Shown here piece by piece: positions 25,325-38,234 of a stretch of DNA of 64,000 nt; position 1 is the stretch's first letter, and each line of letters starts with the position of its first letter. This DNA is from Macrostomum lignano (lineage: Eukaryota). A program made the position numbers and the translations under genes. The stretch lies in the NCBI GenBank assembly GCA_002269645.1, contig NIVC01003503.1, positions 30,612 through 94,611 of the forward strand. The letters are read 5' to 3'. Below the pieces are notes generated by a model. The model was not told the DNA's origin. It did not search any database and worked only from the letters and a program-made list of their open reading frames with translations.

Positions 25325-26585
25325 CACCCTAAAGTTGAGTGATATACGTACACCCTCCTGGACGCCGACTCCTGGGACACTGTGCTTGCACTTTCTTTGA
25401 CAGGCCCCTGACATAATAATTACAGAGCCTGGTTTGGTTTACAGAGCCTACCACACGTTGGGTGACATTCTCCTTCACCAAGAACTGACGGACGGCGCCT
25501 AGGGAGACCGTAGCAATATAAGGGTCTCTATCGAGTTCCGGCTCGTTATCCGCATGGTAGGGTATATGGTCGTCTGCCGTTTCATAGAAGTTGATTAGGC
25601 AGCTATTAAACTTTGGTGCATTAATATTGGCATTGAATTCTAGATAGTCCCGCATGTCCTCCACCGCCGGATGCCATTTCAGATTGGCGCCGAGGGGGAC
25701 ACCGGAGTATGAGTAGTCCGGACCAAACCATACGACACGGCGTTGCTCGTGCGGCCTATGATGCACGGCGATTGGCAGGAGATCTTTAATCAGCCTGTCG
25801 TAGATGTCCGATGCTACACTGCCTAGCAAGTTGGGATAGTACTCTAGGCGGACATCTTGGCTAAGCAGCTTGATTGTCGATCCAGATTTGTCCGCGCCTC
25901 TTAGAAAAGCAATTGGATTGACATATGGCATGTTGCTATTTTCCGCGTCCAGGTCAACATTGTCATCACGTGCCGAATCTGCCACAGAGGCAGAATCAGA
26001 TTCGATAGCTGCTGCGGCTGCGCTGGGGTCTTTGGAGCCGGCTTGGCCAGCCCCTTCCAGCACAGGGACAGAGCCGCTATCTGACGTATTCGATCTGGCA
26101 CTGTCCGGTGACCCGTGCTGCTCTGCCGTGATGGCGAGGACCGGAGACTTTGGTATTGTGGACGCATTAATGCAGCTTGGTTGCTCTGCAGGTACTTCGG
26201 CTAGATTTGGCACTGAAGCCGGCGTTGCTACATCTGCCTTTTCCCTGGGAGATGGTGGCGTATCAGATGGCGGTGCTAGTGCGCAGTCCATACCTGCCGG
26301 GCAGCTAAGGGCTGCTAGGCTGTACGGAGCATCCGGCGAGATGCTCTCGGCACTGCTTCTGGAGGCCCTGTTGCTGTTGGGCTCCTTACTGACCACACCA
26401 GTATCACCAGAGGTAGTTGCGGCGCCAGAAGGACCGGCGGGCAGCCGTACTGGTTTTTTGCCTAGGCCTAGCAGATTTCGGCCAAAGGCCTCCATCTTGT
26501 CGACCGATGATCGATTGTCGACTCGCTTGGCCGCAGGAAGGCCGGAAGGTTTAGCAATTTTGGTAGGCGGGACCTGTTTGCTCAT
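25325..26585 (-). CDS. alkB: AlkB-family 2OG-Fe(II) dioxygenase (ALKBH2/3-like) with low-complexity N-terminus; one frameshift near 25440; probably the N-terminal part of ORF1
   Basis: RVVWFGPDYSYSG, FNSCLINFY, YHADNEPEL (HxD), IATVSLGAVRQF; after the shift KPGSVIIMSGACQRKCKHSVP (distal H) and RISLNFR (RxxxxxR); no introns. Confidence 0.88.
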
Positions 26586-28597
26586 TTCTGCTAGTATAAA
26601 TGCTGTCTATAAAATAAAACTAAAACTAGTAGCTCTTTACACAAAGATTAGAGCTAGGGGGAGCAGAATGGTAAGCAGTTAGAGTCGCAGACCTTTTCAA
26701 TATTGGATATTCTTTGCCTTGTAGAGGAATTTTTTGCGCGCGCGCAGACGGTCTCCGGAGAAGAAGGAAAGGAAAAATACCTAATGCCTATTAATGCAAG
26801 TTAATTAAAGAAAAAGGCAGGAAAGCTGCTCAGCAACTAATTGATGAATAATAAAATTGTGTTACAGTATTTTATAAGTAAATATAATGGTTACAGTATG
26901 CAGTAATGTATTGCAAAATTATAATTTATTTTTTTGGATTTTTGGCTTTTTTCTGTATTAATTTCGGTTATTTAGAGATTGAACTAGGACCACTCAGCTA
27001 CTTTAGAAGAGAGCTTTGGTGGCCTAGGGAAAGTTTATAAAGATTTGGAAAAATTTGAGCAGGGGTTTGCTGCAAATTTAAAATTTAAATTTTAGCCTAT
27101 TGAATTAATGTAAATTTTAAAATTTAATTAGCTCAGTTAATATTTAGAGTTTGGAGCTGAGTCTGGACTCAAAAGAGAGATCTAGCAGAGCTGCAGCTAA
27201 TGAGAATTAAATTAGAATTTTAGAGTTGACTAGGAGCCTAAAAAAAATTTAAATTTTCCTATTTAATTAGTGCAAAAATAATTTTTTTTATTTTAGAGAA
27301 AGTAAATCAAGCTCAGAGCTAAGTTATACCTCTAGAGAGAGATTATACCTAGCTCTAGGTGATACAAATATTGAATAATAATAATTAAGGACTAAGGGTC
27401 CAAAAATACAAAAATTAATTTACTATAGAACCTAATGGGTAAAAGGTTAAATACTCAGAAGAGATATTTAACCCAATAAATAATGAAAATTATACACTTA
27501 CAGAGTTGCAAGCAGCTGAGGGGAAGAAAAAATAGAGATTTGGACGCTTGATGAGGGAATAAACACTTCAAAAATTATATATCTAACTATTGCCTATTTA
27601 ACTAGTGTGAAAAATTAAAAGAAAAAAAAAGAAAGTGTGAAAAAAAGCATACGAAAAATTAAAGTGATGAAATGGAGCAGAAAAGCGAAGAAAGAAGCAC
27701 AGAGCGATTAATAGAGGCAAGAAGAGAACAAAAGGCACAGAAAGAGTGAAGAAACAGTGGGAAAAGAGTGACTACAATAAATTTTAGCTAAATTGAAGAT
27801 TTGCTACATGACTATACTATGCACAGAGTGCCTTAAAAATTTCGAAAATTACATTTTCTAAGTATAAATGTTCGAGGACAGGAGAAGAAGATACTTTCCC
27901 AAGAGCCCAACTGCTCTGTAGTTCTAGAGAAACCCCAAAACTAGCGATTTACCCCTGCCCTAATTATTTCCCCGGGTTGAAACTACTGATAGTAGGCAAA
28001 AAGCATATTTGAACCCACAATAATTCCGTTCCTAAAATAATCCCCTACTACACTATATTGTATAGTCTATACACATCCATCTGCAGCTAGTTTTGAAAAG
28101 ATTAGAAAATGCGCCAACTCATTTGCACGAAAATTGAAAATCAAACCGAATTATAACAAAAAAAGCAAAAAATAATTTCAACCTATCAGCTCCTATCCTT
28201 TCAACTTCACATTGGGGGGTCAAGGCGACAAGCCCCCTTGCGGGTTGTGCTGCCCCACATTTTATCAGGTAAATCAGTGACTTTGTTTTTATTTTACATT
28301 TTCAAATTCCTAATTTCTTCGCACCCTGAGTTTACTTTATAATTACGAGCTCGTATATGATTTCCTATCTTCTGCACGTCTAGCCAATAGACAATGTTTT
28401 TGCTATAAAAACCAAATGGACATTGTTATTAATCGTGTTCAAACACACTGCGAATTGGAGTGACGCAAAAGCTGTCTACCCCAAGTGACGGAATCCGTAC
28501 AGCAACGCAGGGACGCAGAATTTCAGAAATATTAACGGACTTAGTGCGGCACAGTCGTTAATGAAAGTCTGAAAAGTTTATGAGCACAAAGAGAAAG

Positions 28598-29320
28598 TGT
28601 TGTAGGGGATATTTCTGTCTGTTAAAATCCCACTGCTGTTACCAAATTGTTGTAGGGGTCTTTACTATTATTGTATTTTTATTCCACTATGCCACCAAGT
28701 TGTACCAGGGGGTGTTTAATTATTTTAGATTATCCTACCAATGTCAGCAAGTTGTGGTAGATGTATTTACTTCCTAGTTTATAGTCACGCTGCTGAATCA
28801 AGTTGTTGTAATTTAGAATAGTTATTACTCCATAAAATTACTTAGTCAATTATTGTTTCTTAGAAAACATTAAGTCTAGAATTCTAATCTAAGGACTCCT
28901 TGAATCTATGCAAGTCGCCCTGGTAGCAGTGTCGAGCGGCAAACACTGGTCTACATGTAGTTATGAGTTTCACCACTATTATTATTACTACTATTAATTC
29001 CCTATATTTAGTTGCGGGCTCCCTTGGAAGGAGTTGCCCGACTCGTCAACCGTCTATTTCTGGCTTCTTACAGCTTCTCTGGCCTCTTACTGCTTTTCTT
29101 GCTTCTAACAGCTTTCTCTGGCCTCTTACTGCTTTCTTGCTTCTAACAGCTTGCTCTCCTGTCTTGCTTTCCAGTGACTAAGACAACACGTTTTGCCTTT
29201 CTTAACCGAATCAAGGAAACGGCGGGCGAAGTTTTAAAGCCCGAAAAACGCTTGTATTTATAGGTTTTTACTGGGGGGAGGACGGGTGCGCGGAACGTGT
29301 TTAAACAAAATATTACTTCA
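28598..29320 (-). mobile_element. Possible solo LTR relic
   Basis: TGTTGTAGGGG start, CCACCAAGTTGT and GAGCGG motifs shared with other LTRs, minus-strand TATA (TGTATTTATAGG ~29255); ends uncertain, no TSD. Confidence 0.4.
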
Positions 29321-29419
29321 TCAATTTAAACAAAATAATTTTTCTTCGCTATAACAAATGTTTCGTTTAAACAGAATAATTCGGTAACTATGAAATTTAA
29401 GAATAATAAAGATGTGCAT

Positions 29420-30330
29420 ACTTGCAGCCAGTTCCAGAAGGCCTGTTGCTCGGGCCCTCTCATCTGCCATGAGGTTAGATTCTCTATCAAAGGCAGATAC
29501 TACTTTGTTTAAAAGTATAAGTTTACAAAAACAGGAAGTTAATAAAATTATCAATAATATAATTAAAGATAATTCATCCAAATAGCTATGTCACTCTGAA
29601 CTAAATGCAACTTCCTACTTTACCCAAAGATGTCAATATATTAAATGGGATTTTAAACTACAATATATACTACAAATAATATATATTACTTTTATCATAT
29701 GATCATAAATATTACCCATGGCAATAGAAGATGCCCCTGTTATAGATGATGCAGCTACACTGCCTGAAGCAGCTATAGCAACTTCCGATTGGCAATCAAC
29801 ATGTCCATACAGCTCATCAACGGAAACATTGCCCATGCAATTGGTAGTTAATGCACTTTCTCCATGATGGGACAACCGAGTCTGTTTGGCAGCTGAAGGC
29901 TCATTAGAAGCAGGAATAGGAAAGAGCTGCAAGGCCTTTTCCACCATATTATGTGTTTTCAGCCTCGCTAGCAAGTGTAGACAGTTGATTCATACAGGAA
30001 TTTATATAGCGCTCAGAGCCTTTGGCTACTTCAGAGTTTAAGGCAATGGCCTTTGACACGAGCGGCGGTAGTGTGGAATGAAATAGTTTACCATACATGC
30101 GAAGGCAAACCTTAGATCCCTTAAAGAAAAAGATTAAAGAAAAAGATAAGGCAAAGGAAATCGTTTTATATGAAACTTTAGGTTTTTAAAATATTTAATA
30201 TATTCTTTAAACTTACCACTTCCAAGGAGGCCTTCTCTTCCGGTGTAAAAGATGATGGCTAATATGGGCTTCCAAAATAAATACATACATATTTCTCATC
30301 CCAGGACACTTTATGGATAATAAAACAAAA
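29420..30330 (-). pseudogene. Degraded spliced coding relic of unknown, probably transposon-associated protein
   Basis: Exon-like blocks with GT/AG joins (TPEEKASLEV|GSKVCLRMYGKLFHST...) but with internal stops; family not recognised. Confidence 0.25.
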
Positions 30331-31772
30331 CATTTTGATGAATTATTGGTTGTTGCACGATCAAGAGGTTTAATTTGTCGTTTGCTACGTGCAGATGCCA
30401 TTGTAGAACTAAGCTATAATGAGAAATATACTATTGCTGTTTGCAATATATATATTCTCATATTTCTAGGCATAGCTTTGCTATATCATATAAATTAGAT
30501 CTATATACAACTCCCTGTATGAAAAAGTTGTAAAATTGCGAATGGCATCCAGTGCACTATTGAAATTTTTCTAAAGCGCAGTACAAACACAGGCGCGTAG
30601 CCCCTGCGCGCATGCACTGCCCTTCTTGCTAGTTGCTAACTATGTTTTCCTGAATTTTGATTTTGGAAAATTAAAATTTTAATTTTGATTAATTGACAGT
30701 GATTGAATTTTGATTTTAATAGAAAAGCTCTTTTGGAAAATCTCTAATAATGCTAAAGTGCAGTAAAAAAAATCGACTCTATTCTAAAGCGCACATCTGC
30801 AGGTTTCAACCTTATACCAATAGGGATACAACTTAATGAATGCATTCTAGATTTTGTATATTAATCAAGTTTAATTAAATTAAAGATCAGTTGATCAAGC
30901 CTCGCTTAGATATATATATATATAAATTTTAGATTTTAAATCTAAAATATAGAAACTTTTAGACACGACAGCTGTGTCTCTAATAGTGACTTGGTCTATA
31001 CTTATAGACACAGCTGCTGTGTCTATAAGTTTCTGCATTATAGGCACAGCTGCCGTGTCTATAAGTATAGACTCAGTCACTATTAGAGACATGGCTGCCA
31101 TGTCAATGAAACTTGCACAGCAGCCGTGTCCTTAATATTGAATAGGTTCACACTTAAAGACACGGTGGGTAACCGTGCGTGTCTTTAATATTGGAGCTTA
31201 TAGGCACGGCTGCCATCGCCATGCATAATCATTGATCGGATAAAAAGATCAATGAATTAAAAAACGGATTGAAAAATTAAATTTAATTTTTAAGAATAAC
31301 ACAAAATCATTTTAAAGTGCAGCCAAAATTATATGTAGCTTCTTAAATAGAAATATTTTTTTCAATACATATCAGCCGCACTTTAAGATTTAGTGTTACT
31401 CTTATATTAAAAAATTAAATTAAATTTATTATTTCATTTAATTTAAAAAAAAACTTTAAAATTTCAAGACGGAAAAATTTCTGTTTGCTAAAAAAATTCA
31501 AATTAAAAAAACTGACCACTAGGGATTCGAACCAAGCTACACGTAATCACAAGGCAATCAACATATCCCCTAGGCCACTATTTGCTTGTAAGAGAGCCCT
31601 ATAAAACACGCATTTTATATTGATGATTATAGCCGTGCCTATAAGCTCAAATATTATATTTATAGACGCGGCCACCATGCCTACAAGTATTCCATTTAAA
31701 TAATAGCCGGATAGGGTCTAGGCTAAACTCTCTAACAATAAAATATTTATAAAATAAATAATAACTTATAAT

Positions 31773-31954
31773 CAGTGGCATAGGGTAGCTAACGGGGCTA
31801 GGTCCCCCTGAAATTGACCTCTCCTTTAAAAATCTACAGAAAAAATTGCCTTTTTTCCAATAATTTTCTGGAGAAAAAACCCTTCCCTTGTATACCCCCT
31901 CCTTTGGGTGCTAAATGCCCCCCCCCCCTGAAAAAATTTCTGGCAGTGCCACTG
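31773..31954. mobile_element. hAT-type MITE, 182 bp
   Basis: TIR CAGTGGCA/TGCCACTG; perfect 8-bp TSD CTTATAAT. Confidence 0.85.
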
Positions 31955-32030
31955 CTTATAATCTTAAACATATTCTAAATAATGAGTTCTTAAATTTAAA
32001 AAAAATTATTCTACTAATTTATACATAGAC

Positions 32031-32661
32031 TAGGGGGACACAAAATCCCTGATTCTGTCAATCCCGGGATCCCGGGATTGATATTTTTCCAGTACCATTG
32101 CGAATTACTTTTTTATCACGTGACTAACGTGAGAACATTTGCAAGTTGCAAGTAGAAATTAGCAAACACTATGCAAAGCAATATAAATTTATATACATGT
32201 ATTACATACTATGTAGTAGCGCTAGCAGTATGCACATTGCAAAACAAATGCACATGACTCGTGGACGTGGTCGTGGAGTCGTTGGCCCGTGGCATGATGC
32301 ACACTCACAAGGAGTCACAAGGACTCACAGTCACAACACAAGTCACAACCTACTACCGCCTGGGCATTCACGTTGTCACTTGTCAGTCTGGAGTCTGGAC
32401 TCACGAATATGAGTTCAAACTTAAAAATCAAATCTCAACGTTAAATGATTTAAACAAGACTCAACTCAAACAACATTAAAGACCTTACAAAGTGGGCAAC
32501 GGAGAATGGACATGTATGCATGTATGTTCCATATTTGAACTAACTGCCATTTTACGATAAAATACTTGCTATTATATCAGACATTATAAAAACATAGCCT
32601 TAACGTTCCGGGATTGAATCCCGACCCTGTGAATCCCGGGATCCCGGGATTGTGACCCCTA
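32031..32661. mobile_element. hAT-type MITE, ~630 bp
   Basis: TAGGGG...CCCCTA termini with subterminal AATCCCGGGATCCCGGGATT; 8-bp TSD ACATAGAC/ATATAGAC (1 mismatch). Confidence 0.75.
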
Positions 32662-32964
32662 ATATAGACCATCTTTATAGAAAATTATTGGCCTATTGCT
32701 AGCAGGTTGGACTAAGCAGAGCCTAATATAATATTGCAAAAATTAAGCCAAATGAAAAAACAAGCCAAGCCTAGGGCCTATAACTTATTTATAAGTAGGC
32801 CTAGTGGCAGCATTCATTACACAGTTAATAGGCTGATAGGGTTAAAAGAAGTTTAAAGACAGGTAGACCCTAATACTTAAGCAACATGAATAGATAGCAT
32901 ATTACAAATTTAGTAGGACTATACTATATTGTAATTGTAGGATTTTAAAAAGTATGAATGAAAA

Positions 32965-33500
32965 GTGGATCTTATGAAAAGTTAGATTTCATACAGTGTA
33001 AGCCTATACAGTGCATTAAATTTATAAATATAAGTATTAGACACTCATTCTAGTATTAAGCGCTGCAGATAATTTTTTTCAAGTAAGCGTTTTTACAAGA
33101 AACTCATCTTGCTCGACAATGAGCGTATATAAGTATTAGTTATAAAGTTGTAGCCCTGGCTTTGACAACACACAAAACTGGACGAGGCAGTCCTTTGCAA
33201 CATTAGTGCTGTGTTACAGAAAATCTTTTTTAGAGATTTAACTTTCAGACTTTCAGTCTTTCTCTCAAACTAACTTTTAGTAATTTATAGTCTTATTTCT
33301 GACATTTTAGATGCCAAACGCTTTTTAGTGGCCATACTATGTCGATTTGTTAAAAATAAAGAACGCAACAATTAATATGCATTTCTCAAAACAATGTTAG
33401 AGTAAGTATTATAAGAAAATTAAAGAGCCATCATGTCAAACATTAAAGAGCCACCATGTCAAATATTAAAAAGCCACCATTTCAAACCTTAAAGAGCCAT
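32965..33500 (+). mobile_element. ~500-bp TIR-less interspersed repeat with 23-bp tandem tail (copy 1)
   Basis: Near-identical reverse complement of 37729-38234; tail units AAAGAGCCACCATGTCAAACATT. Confidence 0.7.
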
Positions 33501-33507
33501 CATTGTA

Positions 33508-34034
33508 CCACCGTTGTACTACCTATCGATCTGTCTGAAAAAGACCTAAAACGCTAAAACGTTAGCCTTAGACTTGGTAGGGTTGCTGCCACCTTTGTGT
33601 GCCGACTCGACGCGTCGGCAGAGTTGTCCATCTGTCACCTGAAATGAAATAACAAAGTCGCTCGGAGCAAGGCAATTTTGAAAAATGTCTTGACAGTTGA
33701 TCTTTCCTAAAACTGCTGCTCGATCCTGAAAAACCTGAAAATCCTGAAATGAGAGAGGAGAGCTCGGAGGCAGAGAGGCGGCTCCGGTCGAGCCCAGGCA
33801 GGACGATGCGATGGTCCGCGATCTGGAGAAAAATGGCTCGCACATGCTCTGTATTTATAGCCGAGCAGACCCCCAAAAGTCACGTCAGTTTCATGCAGTG
33901 AGCGCGTGAAACTTCCTTATTTGGTCCTCAGAATCATGCGAGCGATGCGTGATCCAAGGTCAACTCCCAAATAAGGTAACCCTGTCACGCTGCCGTGGCC
34001 TGACTCAAGGTCCGCTGCCACGCAAAACTAGTGA
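33508..34034 (-). mobile_element. Partial LTR of the 42-49 kb Gypsy family
   Basis: Colinear similarity to ~42326-42830, followed by AAAACTAGTGAATG as at ~43110. Confidence 0.85.
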
Positions 34035-34269
34035 ATGAAGACGCTGTCGTCTTCAAAGGGGGGACGATGGTTGTCTCGGCTGCTCCTGTCTCGGCTGCTC
34101 CTGTTGCTGCTGCGGTTTAAGATTTTTTTAGACCAACAATTTCTGGCAATATGCCCTATCTTTTTACAGACGAAGCATCTCTTTACAATACAAAAATGAT
34201 TGTTTGTAAGTATTTATGCTATTTATATACATACGTGTATGTAAATACACATTTATATTGATACAGACT

Positions 34270-34445
34270 TACTTTGCACCGAACCCCTCCCGCCTCCTTT
34301 GCCATCTCCTCCACCACCTCCGCCTCGGCCTCCACCTCCGCCTCCTCCGCCTCGGCCGCCTCCTTCGCCATCTCCTACTACTTCGCCTCCTCCGCCTCGG
34401 CCGCCACCTCCGCCTCGCCCGCCTCCGCCTCGCCCGCCACCGGCT
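34270..34445. repeat. CTCCGC/GCC low-complexity tract
   Basis: Yields poly-Pro and poly-Gly ORFs. Confidence 0.8.
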
Positions 34446-35118
34446 CCGTCTTTCTTAAAGTATAGTTTGACGATCATCTGAAAGAAGAAAGTTATGCAAC
34501 TAATATTAGCTGTGTGACTGTCTGTCTCTAATGTGTCATCTGTACATAGACTGTTTGCTCGTATAAATTCTGAATAGGCTATTCACGAGCATTACTTTGA
34601 GTTGGTATTTCACTACTTTAGCAGCTTTTATAAATTAAATGGAACGAATTCAAAATTTTATTAAATTATATTTAAATGAAAATTGTATTTTTTAGAAACG
34701 GAATAAAAATGTACTCAAAACGGAGAGTAGCACAGCTTAGCTGCTAATATAAGTAGAATACACTCTGACAGGAGTGACAATATGGCAATTTAATTACGGT
34801 AATTTAAAAAACTGTTTAGACAAATTTGTTAACTTTTGATAAGATTTTTAAAAAATTCTAATTATACTCCGTTAGCGCTAACGCTATTGCGATATTGGAA
34901 AATGTTAATGTTTTAACGCTTCTCAACTAATAAACATTTTACGACGAACTCGTGGTGGTGCTGTCTTACGAAGACAGTAATCCATAGACAGGCCAACTAA
35001 CAAACTGAGAGTAAACAGTACATAGATAATTAGACAGAAAAACAGACATATGAACTTTGTCAAATGGACAAAGAACTAAGGCCAAAAGACCTCATCACTG
35101 GGCCTAGTGGAGACTGAA

Positions 35119-35124
<6 letters not shown>

Positions 35125-35179
<55 letters not shown>
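35125..35179. repeat. (AG)n microsatellite
   Basis: Pure AG run. Confidence 0.95.
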
Positions 35180-35186
<7 letters not shown>

Positions 35187-36099
35187 GGAGAGAGAGAGAG
35201 GAGAGAGAAGGAAGGAGCCAAAGAGCTTTAGTGGCGAATGGAATTTAAATTCGTTTCATGAATTTAAAAGACAAGGAGCCTGCCATGTCAGCGATTAGTT
35301 AAGCGTAGACTTGAACCTTTAGCATAGGGCTAATGCGCATTTGGCCAAAATCATATCCAGAGGGAGGTGATATTTATTTTCCGAGCATCGGATTATTATT
35401 CAGAGCATCTACAATTCAACATCATTTCTCTCTTTTAAAGGTCTGTAAGCTCTACACGTAGACAGTTAACACAGCAAAAAACGAATGAAACAAATCTTGT
35501 ACAAATGGCAATTACATTTCAACGATAACTGGCTATATAAACATTTTCAACTGATTCACTGGAAATTCGCATTGCAATCTGCTTCAAGAAAATCAAACAT
35601 GTAAAAACAACTAGCTTCTGAACAAGACACCGACTAGCTCTGTCTAAAAATGTGTTGAAATTCAGGTTTCAGGCTACTGATACAGCTTGGCAATTCCTGG
35701 TTGATTTTCCTGGATTGGCCCATTTAAATGCATTAGAATTTTCCGTAATCGCCGCCTTCGAATATCTGGAAAGCGGATTAATCTAGAGACACGATTTTTT
35801 CTGCGGGTGATACCGACTGGCACACTCTAATGATGTGTAGAATCCCATAGCTGAGGCTACTGATACAGCTTGGCAATATATGCATGTACAAGCCTTTTGA
35901 CTGTCAACTGTCACCGCACCGTGTCATTCTCTCTCTGTTGCGGTTTGGTGGGGGAAGCTGTCTGTGCTCTCCCAATTAAACGCGCTTCAACCAATAGGAA
36001 CAAATCCCATTCTATAGAATTCCAGAACGATTCCATGGAAAAATCGTGTCTTTCCGTAAACCCAACTGTATACAATTCATGTATACTATATCTCAGGTA

Positions 36100-36200
36100 C
36101 AGGGGATCTCCAAACTCCAGCCCGCGGGCCACATGCGGCCCGCCAAGCCTCTATCCGGCCCCGGGTCCTCTAAAACTTCACAAATGCAATCCGGCCTGCC
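36100..36200. mobile_element. hAT-like terminal fragment
   Basis: CAGGGGATCTCCAAACT...GCCCGCGGGCCACATGCGGCCC is typical of hAT non-autonomous ends; partner end not found. Confidence 0.4.
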
Positions 36201-36219
36201 CAGGGTTTGTGCCTCTTCT

Positions 36220-36440
36220 CAGCTGTCTTCTCTCTAATCTCCTATATCTTTTCTTCACTCTCTTCTCTTCTCCCCCTTTTCCATTTCCCTTCTCTCTTCT
36301 ATTCTCTCCCTTCTCTCCTTCCACTTTTCTTCTCCCCTTATTTCATCTTCCTTCTCTATTCTCCCTTCTCTCCTTCCGCTTTTCTTCTCCCCTTATCTTA
36401 CCTCCCTTCTCTCCTCTCCTCTCTCTTCTCTCCCTTCTCT
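36220..36440. repeat. CT-rich low-complexity tract
   Basis: Pyrimidine tract giving Leu/Phe/Ser/Pro ORFs. Confidence 0.85.
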
Positions 36441-37728
36441 GTTGACTTTAAAAACTTTGACTTTATTCGGGCCTATCCTTCCGCTATATCACACTTGCAG
36501 TTCGATCTAGCTTAGGCCTTTCTTCTTTCTCCCTTTAGCCTATACAAAAAGAGGGCAAGAAAGAAACCATAGGATAAAGCGAATCTTTCCCACTTAAACG
36601 TATTTCATGCATATCTACAGTTTCTGATCTGTAAGCTAATGTAAAAAATTAAAATTCCAGTGCAGATTAAGTACGCACCATTAAAGGAACAAAACTATTT
36701 TAATCAATTTTTATCTCTTTAAAGCATTCATGCTTTTTGGCTACTGTAAGCAGCTAGCTAAAAGCTTAAAAAATAACTGTCTTAGCACTCAATCTCTTGT
36801 ATAGCTGTGCAAAAACAGCGGTCTGCCCTTTTCAGCTTTTCATCAAAAGTATTAAGGGCAAACAACTATTTTGGAAAAAACTAATCTAAAAAACAAATGC
36901 TAGCAAATGCGAGCGCCCTTGGGCAACAGGGCGCAGAGTAGGGCGTACTGTGTTTTTTGAAAAAATATGGATTGAATAAAACGGTAATTTTAGGGCGAAC
37001 TTTTATGTTCTTTGTGTGTTTACCCTAGTTGACAATATAAATATACTAATGTCGCAGACGTGTTTCCTCCTTCTTCTAGATCCCACTAGATGTCACCAAG
37101 TTGTCGCAGACCTAATCGTCCCCAACTGCGATTTCACCGTAAAGCCACCGAGTATTTACAGACTTTCTGGCTCTTATCACTAAGCTGCCTATTTCTAGTA
37201 GTATTGGCTGCCCTAAACTATGACCTTTCTCTAATTTTACACGATTTCTTGGAAACCTTGTGATAGCGTGTAGTGCCCGAGCGGTAAGACACTGTCTAAT
37301 TTCTTAATTTAGTCCGAAAGTCTAGCGTTCTCCGTGGATCAAGGGTGTCCAGCAGTAGCTAATTCACTCCTCTAATGCCTAATCTCCTAGCGCCTAATAC
37401 CTATTATTAGCCAGTACGGCTTTCTTAGAGTCTGTACGACCTTAAATTTCTCCTTATTTTTAGACCTCTATCTTGGATCTCCACGACCTCTGGTTTCTCC
37501 CTATTCTGATCCCTAGTTCTAGGTCTCCACGACCTCTGGTTTCTCCCTATTCTGATCCCTAGTCCTGTATTCGTACAAAGAACTAAGACTCGCGGGTTTC
37601 AACTTACGTTTGGTTTGAATGTCAAACGCTGCTTCTCCGATTGAGAGCGAGCTCGCGAAGATTCGCGGAAGAGCAAGTTACTTTTATTTTTGGTAAATTG
37701 TTTCGTTTATATAGGGGATAAAACTTAA

Positions 37729-38234
37729 ATTAATTTTGACATGGTGGCTCTTTAATGTTTGACATGATGGCTCTTTAATTTTCTTATAATACTTACTCTA
37801 ACATTGTTTTGAGAAATGCATATTAATTGTTGCGTTCTTTATTTTTAACAAAACGACATAGTATGGCCACTAAAAAAGCGTTTGGCATCTAAAATGTCAG
37901 AAATAAGACTATAAATTACTAAAAGTTAGTTTGAGAGAAAGACTGAAAGTCTGAAAGTTAAATCTCTAAAAAAGATTTTCTGTAACACAGCACTAATGTT
38001 GCAAAGGACTGCCTCGTCCAGTTTTGTGTGTTGTCAAAGCCAGGGCTACAACTTTATAACTAATACTTATATACGCTCATTGTCGAGCAAGATGAGTTTC
38101 TTGTAAAAACGCTTACTTGAAAAAAATTATCTGCAGCGCTTAATACTAGAATGAGTGTCTAATACTTATATTTATAAATTTAATGCACTGTATAGGCTTA
38201 CACTGTATGAAATCTAGCTTTTCATAAGATCCAC
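37729..38234 (-). mobile_element. ~500-bp TIR-less insertion (copy 2) inside the LTR
   Basis: 11-bp TSD ATAAAACTTAA at 37718-37728 and 38235-38245; the sister LTR is uninterrupted at this site. Confidence 0.85.

Larger units (their letters stand above)
19370..26700 (-). mobile_element. Non-LTR retrotransposon (LINE, I/Jockey group) with AlkB-containing ORF1 region; 3'-truncated and interrupted by a mariner
   Basis: Colinear order on the minus strand: AlkB, gag-like region with 3 CCHC knuckles, APE, RT; ORF2 ATG lies 5 nt after the ORF1 stop. The 5' boundary is approximate. Confidence 0.85.

Noticed and set aside
25430-25450. Possible programmed frameshift inside AlkB
   Set aside because: No X XXY YYZ slippery heptamer; the element has many other indels, so decay or sequencing error is simpler
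25870-26682. 270-aa antisense ORF over the AlkB region, and similar antisense ORFs over the RT, gag and mariner genes
   Set aside because: Shadow ORFs of GC-rich coding sequence
34216-34481. Poly-Pro and poly-Gly ORFs
   Set aside because: Low-complexity repeat
36910-36945. GCGCCCT-loop-AGGGCGC hairpin as a Helitron 3' end
   Set aside because: Not followed by a CTRR terminus; no supporting element
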